Assembly (NCBI GenBank): GCA_041739675.1
Contig: JBGSNL010000010.1
Span: 1-16,865 of the forward strand
Length of the DNA stretch: 16,865 nucleotides
Direction of reading: 5' to 3'
Origin: a bacterium
GTDB taxonomy: Bacteria; UBA10199; 2-02-FULL-44-16; DYJF01
Part shown: piece after piece, positions 1-8,583 of the stretch
How the letters are laid out: every line of letters begins with the position of its first letter
How positions within the stretch are numbered: position 1 is the first letter of the stretch
Program-made: the position numbers and the translations under genes
The notes under the pieces: model-generated
Databases searched by the model: none
What the model was told of the DNA's origin: nothing
Seen by the model: the letters and a program-made list of their open reading frames with translations, nothing else

Positions 1-840
1 CGTGGCCGTCAGTGCGGGCTTTGGAATTGTGGAGCCCCACTTGTCGGGCGCGCCGCCAACCGTGTCCTGCAAGATGCTGTATGTCTCGCCGTCATTCTGG
101 TTGGCGCCCAGAAGTTCAAGTTCGCTTTTCGCCGCCCGTCCCTCAAACGTATCGCCGTACTTGCTCACGATCTTCTGAAAAGTTCTTAATGCCTCCTGAC
201 GATACGGCTCCGCCTTGACGATGAGTTCGTCGGGCGAGAACTGCTCGTTGTAGAGAACCCAGCTCCACGAGCGGTGGACGTACCAGATATCCTGATTGAC
301 GCGCGCCCAAAGGAGCAACGCCTTGCGGTTCATCTCGCCGCTTGAGTGTTTATCTAAATATGACTTCACCCTTGGAAGGACGTCATCGGGTTTGCCCACA
401 AGATTCTTGAGCAGGAGCTGGAACTCGGCCTCCGCCGCTTCTTTCGAGCCGGGGAATTTATCGAGCAGCTGCCTGTAATGGATTCCAGTATAAGGAACGT
501 ATGCGATATCGGTCACGAATCTGAACGCGCCGGACCCGTAAATCGAATTGAGTTTTTCCGCCTGGGCCTGCGCGCAACCGGAGGTTCCGCCGGTTTTTCC
601 CCAGTAACACATCTTTTCAATGCGCTCGCTGAAAACATCCTGCAGACGCTCCAGCGATTTTCCAAGAAGGAGAAGAGCTTCAGGAGATGGATTGGTCTGC
701 ACGAGCCTTGCCAGCGTCTGCGCGCCGGCCTCCACCTGTCCGGACATGATCATGCTTTTTGCGTTATCATACTCAGACGCAAATGCCGTAGCGCAGACAA
801 GGCACGCGAACAACGAAAGACACGCGATGGTTCTCTTCAT
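1..840 (-). CDS. Exported alpha-helical/TPR-like hypothetical protein, 3' partial (at least 280 aa)
   Basis: Not in the ORF track. Manual translation from ATG at 840 (ATGA overlap with the nuoB stop) is open to the window edge: MKRTIACLSLFACLVCATAFA/SEYDNAKSMIMSGQVEAGAQTLARLVQTNPSPEALLLLGKSLERLQ... It has a Sec-type signal (basic N-terminus, hydrophobic core, AFA cleavage site) and TPR/BamD-like helix-turn segments YRQLLDKFPGSKEAAEA and FQKIVSKYGDTFEGRAA. Confidence 0.85.
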   Translation of the reverse strand, partial: MKRTIACLSLFACLVCATAFASEYDNAKSMIMSGQVEAGAQTLARLVQTNPSPEALLLLGKSLERLQDVFSERIEKMCYWGKTGGTSGCAQAQAEKLNSIYGSGAFRFVTDIAYVPYTGIHYRQLLDKFPGSKEAAEAEFQLLLKNLVGKPDDVLPRVKSYLDKHSSGEMNRKALLLWARVNQDIWYVHRSWSWVLYNEQFSPDELIVKAEPYRQEALRTFQKIVSKYGDTFEGRAAKSELELLGANQNDGETYSILQDTVGGAPDKWGSTIPKPALTAT

Positions 841-1304
841 TTTTCCTCCCTTCCCAGCAGCACGTTCTGGATCTTGACGATCGCATCGAAGAGCTGCTCG
901 GGCCTCGGTGGACATCCCGGAATATAAACATCGACGGGGATGATCTCGTCTATCCCCTGGATCGTGTGATAATTGTCGTAAAAACCACCGCACGTTGCGC
1001 ATGCGCCGTAGGCGACCACCCACTTGGGATCGCCCATCTGCTCATAGATGCGTTTGAGTATCGGCGCTTGCTTGTATGAGACCGTACCCATCACAAGCAA
1101 AAGATCTGATTGCCTTGGCGAGAAGCGCACAAGCTCCGCGCCGAAACGCGAGATGTCGTAGCGCGACGATACCGCGCCCATGAATTCAATTGCGCAGCAC
1201 GCGGTGCCGAAGGGCATCGGCCAAAGCGAATACTTCCGCGCCCAATTGAGCACGTCTTTCACCCTGGTTGTGATAAAGCTCCCCGGCCCCATTAGTCTTC
1301 CCAC
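837..1304 (-). CDS. nuoB: NADH-quinone oxidoreductase subunit B
   Basis: Hallmark motifs WARKYSLWPMPFGTACCAIE, SPRQSDLL, DPKWVVAYGAC and PVDVYIPGCPPRPE, with the N2 Fe-S cysteine ligands present. Start is either GTG at 1304 or ATG at 1292 (TAATG overlap with the nuoA stop). Confidence 0.97.
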   Translation of the reverse strand: MGRLMGPGSFITTRVKDVLNWARKYSLWPMPFGTACCAIEFMGAVSSRYDISRFGAELVRFSPRQSDLLLVMGTVSYKQAPILKRIYEQMGDPKWVVAYGACATCGGFYDNYHTIQGIDEIIPVDVYIPGCPPRPEQLFDAIVKIQNVLLGREEK

Positions 1305-1666
1305 TCAAGTGCGCCTCTGCCCCAGGCGTAGATCAGGCCCAGAACCAGAATCCCCAGAAAAACCGCGGCGACGGCAAAGGCCATCGGGCCCTCTCCCGCC
1401 GCCTTGAAATCGCGAAACACGATCGCCCATGGATATAGAAAAACGACTTCGACGTCGAAGACGATGAAAAGAATCGCAACGAGAAAGAATTTCACCGAAA
1501 AACGCTGGCGTGAGCTGCCAACGGGATCGAGCCCGCACTCATAAGGAAGCAGCTTTTCTTCGCTTTTTCGGCCTCGCCCAAAAAGCGCGGAAATAAGGAC
1601 GATCCCCAACGCCGTCGCGGCGGCCAGGGCGAATAAAATCAGTATTGATATCGCGTTGATGGACAT
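1292..1666 (-). CDS. nuoA: NADH-quinone oxidoreductase subunit A
   Basis: PYECGLDP loop, FFLVAILFIVFDVEVVFLYPWA and C-terminal GALEWE; three hydrophobic segments. Start set at ATG 1666 (MSINAISIL, preceded by GGGGA) instead of 1711, which would overlap the upstream gene. Confidence 0.96.
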   Translation of the reverse strand: MSINAISILILFALAAATALGIVLISALFGRGRKSEEKLLPYECGLDPVGSSRQRFSVKFFLVAILFIVFDVEVVFLYPWAIVFRDFKAAGEGPMAFAVAAVFLGILVLGLIYAWGRGALEWED

Positions 1667-1695
1667 AATCCCCGTTTGCCCGTTCCTAGCAGGGA

Positions 1696-3894
1696 TTAAA
1701 AACGATGACAATAGGTATATAGGATAGCATTTATGAGAGCGGCAATGATCAGAACGGCCGCTGCGACAAGCAGAGTGGACATTAAACCGAAAATCGGGAT
1801 CATGATGATTGCGGCCAGAATGGAACCGATTGCGGCGCCCAGGTAGTCGGCGAAATTTATCAGGCCGGCGGATTTTCCGATCAGCTTTTTTTCCTTAACA
1901 AGACGGTCTGCGGCCATCTGATAGATGAGGCCGGCAAACGCGCCGCATATGAAATTTGCCAGCGGAAAACCAGCACGGCATACAAAAAACAAAAGCGGCA
2001 TATAAACGGCAAACGCGACGAGCATGAGAAAAATGACAAAAGGACGCGGCTCAAACCTTTTCAGAATCCCAATCGCCGCGTACGCGCCGAGGCCCAAACC
2101 CACCATGAACGCCGTGATTATAATGCCAAGGCGGTAGAACAGGAGCCCCACTTTTACCTGATACCAGATGAGCAGCACGACTTCATAGACGATGCTGGAA
2201 AATCCAACGGCGGCAAGCGTCCATGCAGAGACCAATTCCACTTTGCGCCCCTTTGAGAAGAGCAATGTGGCGATCCCGGCCGCGATCAGAATGGCAACAA
2301 TGTGCCAAATCCTGATTTTTTGCAGCGACTCCAAAAATTTGGCGGCGTTCTCGCCGGCCTTCGATGCCCACAAGACGAGCCCGGCATAATACGCTATGGG
2401 ACGGCGGTCGGTGTTGATGGAGGCCCTTGCGGCACTTTCTTCAATCAATTTTCGCGTTTGAGATACGCGTTCCGGAAAAATTCCGTAGAGCACCTGTGAC
2501 AAAAGTGTGGGCGCGCGCATCCCGGAGGCTTTGAGGCGCGAGCCCAATTCTTCTACATCGCCGGTGAGCGCCCCCTTCTCTTCCGACGCTGCAAAATAAT
2601 ATTCATCGAGCGGCAGCACGACGATGTGATCGAAAACGCCTTTCAGCGTCGCATAGACGGAACTTAAGAGATCCTGCGCCTCGCCGCTTATGTAATTCGT
2701 GGGCTCGAAGATGCCGAAGAAGATGACGCCGCCCGGCGCGAGGGCGCTTTTCGCGTCTTCGAAGAACTCCCTTGTGTAGTACCTGTTTGTCGCTGCTGTT
2801 GCCGGGTCGCCCGATTGAAGGATAATGATGTCGTATTTTCCGGCCGCGGTCCGCAGAAAATTCCTCCCGTCCACGAACTGAATGTCGAGCCGCGGATCTT
2901 CAGCCATCCCTTTGGGCACCATGATTGTTTTTTCCGCGGCCGTTACGTCGGGATCGATCTGCACATATGTAATTGAATCAAGAGGCACGTCGCGCCACTG
3001 GTTTATCATTCCCGAAAGTCCGCCGCCGATCAAAAGCACGCGCCTGGGATTTTTTGTCATTAGCAGAGGCAGCAAAGCGGCCGTTTCATATGTATCGGAG
3101 AGAGGTGTGGTGAACTGCGGCTCCCCGTCAAAAAAGAGAGTCTTCTCCCCCCTGTTTTCAGTCACCGTTATATTTCCAAAACGTGAATCGAAATTCGCAA
3201 TTGGATTGAATCCCCTCCATTGAACCTCGCTCACCTTCGAATCTATTCGCGCCGATGTGAAAAAAAGAATCGTGAAGATCACGACGACAAACATTGCAAA
3301 TAATTTTGCGGGGGCCTCTTTGAACAAAAGCAGGCCCGCGCCGGCAAGCAACAACGCTGAGATGAAAAAAGACCCCTGAAGCGGCGTCAGGTAGCAGATT
3401 GCGAACCACGAAAACAGAAGTCCGCCCGCCGCGCTACCGATGGAATCGAATATATAGACGATCCCTATGTCGTAAGATGTTCCCGTCGCCGGAATCTTCG
3501 CGGCGATCACAAGCGCCGCCCCGATCGCAAAGCATAGCGGCAATAATAAGAGGAAGGTCGAGAGGAGAATCATGGGCGGGCCCATCATCTGGGAGGGAGG
3601 AATGCCAAGGGCCGCCTTGGTCAGTGAAGATGCAATAACGGTCAGCGGCAAAATCACCGCGATGGCCAGAAAAACGAGGGTCAGTGCGCGCGGGACATTT
3701 TCTATTCTGTCTGCAAATTTTCCGGCGACGAAATTTCCCAGCCCCGCCCAGAGCATCCAGCCCGCAAAGACGGCGCCGATCGTGAGCTCGTTTCCGCCGA
3801 AGACGACCATGAACCGCCGCTGCAGAACAATCTGCCCCACAATCGCCGCAAAACCCAGCAGGGCAAAAACAATTGGATATCTTGCACGTTTCAT
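1696..3894 (-). CDS. Fused membrane domain / spermidine-synthase-like (class I SAM-binding fold) protein, with degenerate catalytic motifs
   Basis: 732 aa. N- and C-terminal multi-TM blocks (e.g. QIVLQRRFMVVFGGNELTIG, VYIFDSIGSAAGG, NFADYLGAAIGS) flank a soluble domain with SRFGNITV, VLLIGGGLSG, YVQIDPDV, DGRNFL, YDIIILQSGDP and NRYYTREFF...LAPGGV. Confidence 0.85.
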   Translation of the reverse strand: MKRARYPIVFALLGFAAIVGQIVLQRRFMVVFGGNELTIGAVFAGWMLWAGLGNFVAGKFADRIENVPRALTLVFLAIAVILPLTVIASSLTKAALGIPPSQMMGPPMILLSTFLLLLPLCFAIGAALVIAAKIPATGTSYDIGIVYIFDSIGSAAGGLLFSWFAICYLTPLQGSFFISALLLAGAGLLLFKEAPAKLFAMFVVVIFTILFFTSARIDSKVSEVQWRGFNPIANFDSRFGNITVTENRGEKTLFFDGEPQFTTPLSDTYETAALLPLLMTKNPRRVLLIGGGLSGMINQWRDVPLDSITYVQIDPDVTAAEKTIMVPKGMAEDPRLDIQFVDGRNFLRTAAGKYDIIILQSGDPATAATNRYYTREFFEDAKSALAPGGVIFFGIFEPTNYISGEAQDLLSSVYATLKGVFDHIVVLPLDEYYFAASEEKGALTGDVEELGSRLKASGMRAPTLLSQVLYGIFPERVSQTRKLIEESAARASINTDRRPIAYYAGLVLWASKAGENAAKFLESLQKIRIWHIVAILIAAGIATLLFSKGRKVELVSAWTLAAVGFSSIVYEVVLLIWYQVKVGLLFYRLGIIITAFMVGLGLGAYAAIGILKRFEPRPFVIFLMLVAFAVYMPLLFFVCRAGFPLANFICGAFAGLIYQMAADRLVKEKKLIGKSAGLINFADYLGAAIGSILAAIIMIPIFGLMSTLLVAAAVLIIAALINAILYTYCHRF

Positions 3895-3935
3895 GACCGC
3901 TTGCCTTTCCCTGTTTTTATGATAGGGCTACCGCC

Positions 3936-4526
3936 ATGTCGAGGAATATCGTTGTCTATGACATCGAGACGAAGAACGCCTTCGACGACGTGGGCGGGCG
4001 GGGCAATACGGCGGCGCTGGAGATAAGCGTGCTGGGCGCATATCTCTATTCTTCGAACGAGTACAAGATTTACGATGAAACAGAACTTCCTGAATTTGAA
4101 AAAATCCTGCAGAAAAAACCGCTGCTTGTGGGGTTCAACAGCAGGCGCTTCGACACACCCATATTGCAACGCTATATGCACTTCGATCTCAAGATTCTGC
4201 CCCAGCTTGACATCATGGAAGAGCTCACAAATATCCTTGGCCATCGCGTGAGCCTTGATAGTGTTGCGCAGGCAACTCTCGGCCGCGCAAAAACAGGTTC
4301 GGGATTGGACGCGATAAAATATTGGAAAAACGGCGAGATTGAAAAACTGAAAAAATACTGTCTTGAAGACGTCAAGATAACTAAAGAGATTTACGAATAC
4401 GGCGCAAAGCACGGCGAGCTCTTCTACACGCCGAAGTTCGGAACAACGAAGGGACGCGCCCCTGTTCACTGGAAGATAGCCCATCCGGATGAAAAAGAGG
4501 AAGTGAAACAACAAAGTCTGTTTTAG
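3936..4526 (+). CDS. Ribonuclease H-like (RNase_H_2 / YprB-like) DEDD 3'-5' exonuclease domain protein
   Basis: 196 aa with ExoI VVYDIET, ExoII GFNSRRFDTPIL and ExoIII KYCLEDV motifs. Confidence 0.88.
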   Translation: MSRNIVVYDIETKNAFDDVGGRGNTAALEISVLGAYLYSSNEYKIYDETELPEFEKILQKKPLLVGFNSRRFDTPILQRYMHFDLKILPQLDIMEELTNILGHRVSLDSVAQATLGRAKTGSGLDAIKYWKNGEIEKLKKYCLEDVKITKEIYEYGAKHGELFYTPKFGTTKGRAPVHWKIAHPDEKEEVKQQSLF

Positions 4527-4538
4527 CGGAGGTTTAAA

Positions 4539-5459
4539 GTGAGCGAATTATATGATGTCATAGTGATAGGCGGCGGGGCCTCGGGTGCAAGCGCTGCGGC
4601 CTTTACGGCAGGCCACGGCTGGAACACGCTGCTGGTCGATAAAAATATTCAGGACGGCTACCTTGGGGGCCTTGGCAATGTCTGCCAGTTTCCCGGCTTT
4701 CCCGACGGAGCTGTCGGCGCGGAAATCGTAGAGCGCTTGAGAAGGCAGGCCGAGAACGCAGGCGCGAAAACGCGCATCGCAGAAGCCACGGAAATCAATT
4801 TTGAAGCAGAGCCGCGCAAAGTGACGATCGGTGGCGAGACGCTTGAAGCGCAGACCATCGTTCTCGCAACCGGCGCGGCGGCCCGCACCGGGTATCTTCC
4901 CGGCGAAAAAGAATTTATGGGGCGCGGAGTTCTTCATGACGCAAAAATCGACGGGCCATGCAACGCCGGCTCCGAGATAGCAATCATCGGCAAATCGAAA
5001 CTCGCGGCCGACGAGGCCCTCTTCCTCACAAAATTTGCGCAGAAGATCCATTTTGTCATCCCGTCCAACCGTCTGGATGCGGATAACAAAATATTCGGAC
5101 TCATTCAGCATGACAAAAAGATAGAGCTCCATTTCAGCACGAGCCTCAAAACGATAAACGGGGGCGACAGGGTGACGTCGATCACGGTTTTCACCGGCGG
5201 ACAGGAAAAAGAGATTCAGGTCTCGACCGTCTTCACTTACATGCACGAATATCAGCCGATGAACCAGTTCATCAAGAACGCGCTGCAGACCGCGCAAAAC
5301 GGCTCGGTCATGGTGAACGAACAGTTTGAAACGTCGGCACCCGGCGTCTTCGCGTGCGGCGACATTCTGTGCGCCAAACCGCAGTTGCCGGCCATTTCGG
5401 TGGCGCAGGGAATACTCACCGGCATGGGCGTCGATCATTATCTGTCTCTTAAAAGGTAA
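4539..5459 (+). CDS. Thioredoxin-reductase-fold FAD-dependent oxidoreductase, atypical (no CxxC, degenerate NADPH motif)
   Basis: GTG start after GCGGAGG. FAD motifs DVIVIGGGASGASAA, IVLATGA and TSAPGVFACGD are present, as are FPGFP and PGEKEFMGRGV. The CxxC position reads HDAKIDG. Confidence 0.88.
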   Translation: MSELYDVIVIGGGASGASAAAFTAGHGWNTLLVDKNIQDGYLGGLGNVCQFPGFPDGAVGAEIVERLRRQAENAGAKTRIAEATEINFEAEPRKVTIGGETLEAQTIVLATGAAARTGYLPGEKEFMGRGVLHDAKIDGPCNAGSEIAIIGKSKLAADEALFLTKFAQKIHFVIPSNRLDADNKIFGLIQHDKKIELHFSTSLKTINGGDRVTSITVFTGGQEKEIQVSTVFTYMHEYQPMNQFIKNALQTAQNGSVMVNEQFETSAPGVFACGDILCAKPQLPAISVAQGILTGMGVDHYLSLKR

Positions 5460-5460
5460 C

Positions 5461-6123
5461 ATGCCCTTCAAAGCGATCATCTTCGATTTCGACGGGATCA
5501 TCACTGACACCGAGCCGGTGCATATGCAGGCGTGGCTTGAAGTCTTCCGCCCAATGGGCATCTCGTTCGGGAAAGAGGAATACGATACGCATTATCTGGG
5601 CTTGAACGACCGCGATTTTCTCGATGCGGTGGGCCGGATACACAACAGACCATTTCCCGCGGAAGAAAAAAATATTCTCATCGGCAAAAAACTCGAAAAG
5701 AGCCTCGCACTTTTAAGCAAGAGAATCCCGCTTCTTGACGGCGTCGAAGATTTTATCGAACTGCTGCAAAAAAAGTGTTTCTTTGCTATTTGCAGCGGCG
5801 CGAATAAAAGTGAGGTGAATTTCGTTTTGAAAAAACTGGAGTGGGCGGAACTCTTCGACCCCATCGTCACGCAGGAAGACGTCTCAAAAGGAAAGCCCGA
5901 CCCTGAAGGGTATAGTCTCGTATTGAAACGCCTTCAGGAGCGCGCGCCTTCGCACAATTTGACAGTCGATGATTGCCTTGCAATTGAAGATTCGCCGAAA
6001 GGAATCTCCGCCGCGCATGCCGCGGGGATCAAGTGCCTAGCGATCAGCAATTCATACCCACCCGATGCGTTAAATGAAGCCGAGTGGGTTCTCGAATCAC
6101 TTTCCGAATTTGAATTAGATTAG
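5461..6123 (+). CDS. HAD-superfamily phosphatase (beta-phosphoglucomutase/CbbY-like)
   Basis: Start reassigned to ATG 5461, 1 nt after the upstream stop. Motif I IIFDFDGIITDTEPVH, motif II ICSG, motif III GKPDPEGY, motif IV IEDSPKGI. Confidence 0.93.
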   Translation: MPFKAIIFDFDGIITDTEPVHMQAWLEVFRPMGISFGKEEYDTHYLGLNDRDFLDAVGRIHNRPFPAEEKNILIGKKLEKSLALLSKRIPLLDGVEDFIELLQKKCFFAICSGANKSEVNFVLKKLEWAELFDPIVTQEDVSKGKPDPEGYSLVLKRLQERAPSHNLTVDDCLAIEDSPKGISAAHAAGIKCLAISNSYPPDALNEAEWVLESLSEFELD

Positions 6124-7961
6124 CGGATGACTTCGAGTATCTTCGAAACTATCTTGTAGTTTCCGAACGGCGGGAAGATATAGGCGCCGGTGACCTGTTT
6201 TAGCCCTTTGGCCGCGGCAAGCGATTCTTTTGCAACCGATAATCCCACTTCCTGCTGCGCCTCTTTTGTGGCGGCCTTTTCCATCCGTTCTAGGATCTTT
6301 TTGGGGATCTGCATCCCGGGAACTTCGTTGTGCAGAAATTCCGCGTTTCTGATCGACGCAAGCGGAAGGATGCCGACAAGAAACGGAATGCGGGCGATAT
6401 CTTTGGTTCGATCGAAGAATTTTTCCAGAAGTTTTATATCAAATACGGGCTGTGAGAAAACGAACTCCGCGCCCGCCTCCACTTTTTTCCTGAAACGATT
6501 CACCTCAAGATCCAGATCGACCGCACCCGGATTGACGCCGCAGCCGATCAAAAGCTTTGTCGCTTCCTTCAGCGGACGTTCGGCAAAATCCAGCCCGCGA
6601 TTGAGATAGGAGACGAATTTTATAAGGCCTATCGAATCGATATCGAAAACTGCAGTGGCCTCGGGATAATTCCCCATTTTTGGCGGATCGCCCGTGATCA
6701 GAAGAACATTATTGAGGCCAAGCGCCGCCGCGCCGATCAAGTCCATCTGAATTCCCAAAAGATTTCTGTCGCGGCAGCAGTAATGGATGATCGGCTCGAT
6801 CCCCACCTGTTCCTTGATTAGAACGCCAAGGGCCATGGGGCTCATGCGCGCGACCGCGCGGGGCCCGTCGGCGATATTGACCGCATCGACGCCCATGTCC
6901 TTTAAAAGTTTTGCGCCGTCGATTGCGCTCTGAGGATTGATGCCGAGTGGCGGGTCAACTTCCACGCTGACCGTAAATTTTTTTCCGATTGCAGCGCCGA
7001 AGAGACTTTTCTCAGCAGTGGGAACAACTCTGATCCCGGGCGCCGCAGCAACCTCCGCTTTAGCGGCCCCGCCGTGCCGTGCGGGCTTTATGGCCTTCAG
7101 ATATTTTTTCGCCTCGCGGATATGAGCTGGTGTCGTTCCGCAGCAACCGCCGATGAGGGCGACACCCATCTGCGCGTATCTTCTCGCGTACTCCGCAAAA
7201 TATTCGGGCGACGCCAGATATATCAGGCGCCCCTGCACCATCTGCGGCAGACCGGCGTTGGGCATTGCCGACAAAGGCTTTGACGTCGCGGGCGCCATCT
7301 TTTTTATCGCTTCAAAAACGCCCTGCGGTCCGTCCGAACAGTTGACGCCGACCACATCGGCGCCCCACGAATCAATCGTGCGCGCGGCCTCCGCGGGGTC
7401 CAACCCCGCGAACTCCTCCTCGCCCATGTATTTCAGCGAAACCTGCGCCACAACCGGCAGATCGCACGCGGCGCGCACCGCCTTGTATGCTGTGTGAAGC
7501 TCTTCAAGATGCAAAAAGGTCTCAAGAATGATTACGTCGCACCCGCCGGATGCGAGCGCGGTAATCTGCTCTTCAAAAATTTTCTGCAACTCATCAGGCC
7601 CCAGAAGATCTGCGGATTTCACGGCCCAACTAACCGGACCGACCGCACCCCCCACGAACGCCTTATCCCCCGCAACCTCGTGCGCAATCTCCGCGCCCGC
7701 CTTGTTGATCGCGACAACCTTGTCTTCAAGTCCGAAGGCCGCAAGAGCCGGACGGTTGGCCGTGAAGGTGTTCGTTTCCAGAAGCCCCGCACCCGCATCC
7801 AGATACGTTTTATGTATCTCGCGGACCAACTGCGGATTGGATAAATTGAGCTCGTCATAGCTGCGGTTGATGAATATTCCGCGGCCGTAAAGCTCCGTTC
7901 CGATGGCGCCGTCGGCAAGGATGCCGTTTTCAGTGAGCTCTTTTAAAAAATTCCGCTTCAT
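6120..7961 (-). CDS. yitJ: Bifunctional homocysteine S-methyltransferase / 5,10-methylenetetrahydrofolate reductase
   Basis: 613 aa. N-terminal HMT domain (DGAIGTEL, ETNTF, GVNC, PNAGLP, IGGCCGTTPAHI Zn ligands) and C-terminal MTHFR domain (SVEVDPP, NIADGPRA, CRDRNLLG, ITGDPP, KKVEAGAEFVFSQPVFD, AEFLHNEVPG). Confidence 0.95.
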   Translation of the reverse strand: MKRNFLKELTENGILADGAIGTELYGRGIFINRSYDELNLSNPQLVREIHKTYLDAGAGLLETNTFTANRPALAAFGLEDKVVAINKAGAEIAHEVAGDKAFVGGAVGPVSWAVKSADLLGPDELQKIFEEQITALASGGCDVIILETFLHLEELHTAYKAVRAACDLPVVAQVSLKYMGEEEFAGLDPAEAARTIDSWGADVVGVNCSDGPQGVFEAIKKMAPATSKPLSAMPNAGLPQMVQGRLIYLASPEYFAEYARRYAQMGVALIGGCCGTTPAHIREAKKYLKAIKPARHGGAAKAEVAAAPGIRVVPTAEKSLFGAAIGKKFTVSVEVDPPLGINPQSAIDGAKLLKDMGVDAVNIADGPRAVARMSPMALGVLIKEQVGIEPIIHYCCRDRNLLGIQMDLIGAAALGLNNVLLITGDPPKMGNYPEATAVFDIDSIGLIKFVSYLNRGLDFAERPLKEATKLLIGCGVNPGAVDLDLEVNRFRKKVEAGAEFVFSQPVFDIKLLEKFFDRTKDIARIPFLVGILPLASIRNAEFLHNEVPGMQIPKKILERMEKAATKEAQQEVGLSVAKESLAAAKGLKQVTGAYIFPPFGNYKIVSKILEVIR

Positions 7962-8578
7962 TATAATAAAATGTCCTCCGTGGGCGCCGCCAGATATGGA
8001 TTGCTTTTTTTCTGATCGCCTATCGTGGACGTCGGTTTGGATCCGTAATCGTGGCCCGGATATACCGTGGTCTTATCCGGCAGTTTTGCGAGACCCGAGA
8101 GCGAAACCACCATCTCCCGAGGATCTGACCCCGGAAGATCGACGCGTCCGCATCCATCTACAAAAAGGGTGTCGCCGGTGAACAACGCATCGCCTATCAA
8201 AAAGGACTGCGACCCCGGCGTGTGGCCCGGCGTGTGGATGCAGCGTATTTTAACGCCCGCGATTTCGATCGTCTCGTCGTTCTTTGTTTTTCGCACGTCA
8301 AGATCGCCGGGAATCTCCCCCGCTTCCGCCTCATGCACATAAACGGGCACGGAGATTTTCCGCGCAAGGTCCTCCACCGCGTTGCAATGATCGAAATGAG
8401 TGTGGGTCAGAAGAATAGCCACGATCTTTTTGCCGCCCTTTTTCGCCTCATCTATTATCTGGTCGGCGCTCCATGCTGTGTCAATTGCAGCCACGCCGTC
8501 GCCCTCCTTTGAACCTACAAGGTAGGCGTAATTCATCATGGGGCCGATCGCTATCTGTTTGATAAAAAGATTGGACAT
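7961..8578 (-). CDS. MBL-fold metallo-hydrolase (glyoxalase II-like)
   Basis: THTHFDH metal motif, HTPGHTPGS, FTGDTLFVDGCGRVDLPG and VYPGHDY. Start reassigned to ATG 8578 (MSNLFIKQ), just after the DUF2203 stop. TAATG overlap with yitJ. Confidence 0.93.
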   Translation of the reverse strand: MSNLFIKQIAIGPMMNYAYLVGSKEGDGVAAIDTAWSADQIIDEAKKGGKKIVAILLTHTHFDHCNAVEDLARKISVPVYVHEAEAGEIPGDLDVRKTKNDETIEIAGVKIRCIHTPGHTPGSQSFLIGDALFTGDTLFVDGCGRVDLPGSDPREMVVSLSGLAKLPDKTTVYPGHDYGSKPTSTIGDQKKSNPYLAAPTEDILL

Positions 8579-8583
8579 GGAAA

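Noticed and set aside
12..927. Short plus-strand ORFs in the track at the window start
   Set aside because: Shadows of the minus-strand exported protein gene and nuoB.
5326..5460. Longer start for the HAD phosphatase
   Set aside because: It overlaps the flavoprotein gene by 134 nt, and HAD motif I lies immediately after Met 5461.
3891..5561. Antisense ORFs of 207 aa (3891-4514) and 337 aa (4548-5561)
   Set aside because: Shadow frames lying opposite well-supported genes, with no recognisable motifs.
6120..6123. 4-nt overlap of the convergent HAD and yitJ stop codons
   Set aside because: Real, but a common feature of compact genomes and not evidence of a special function.
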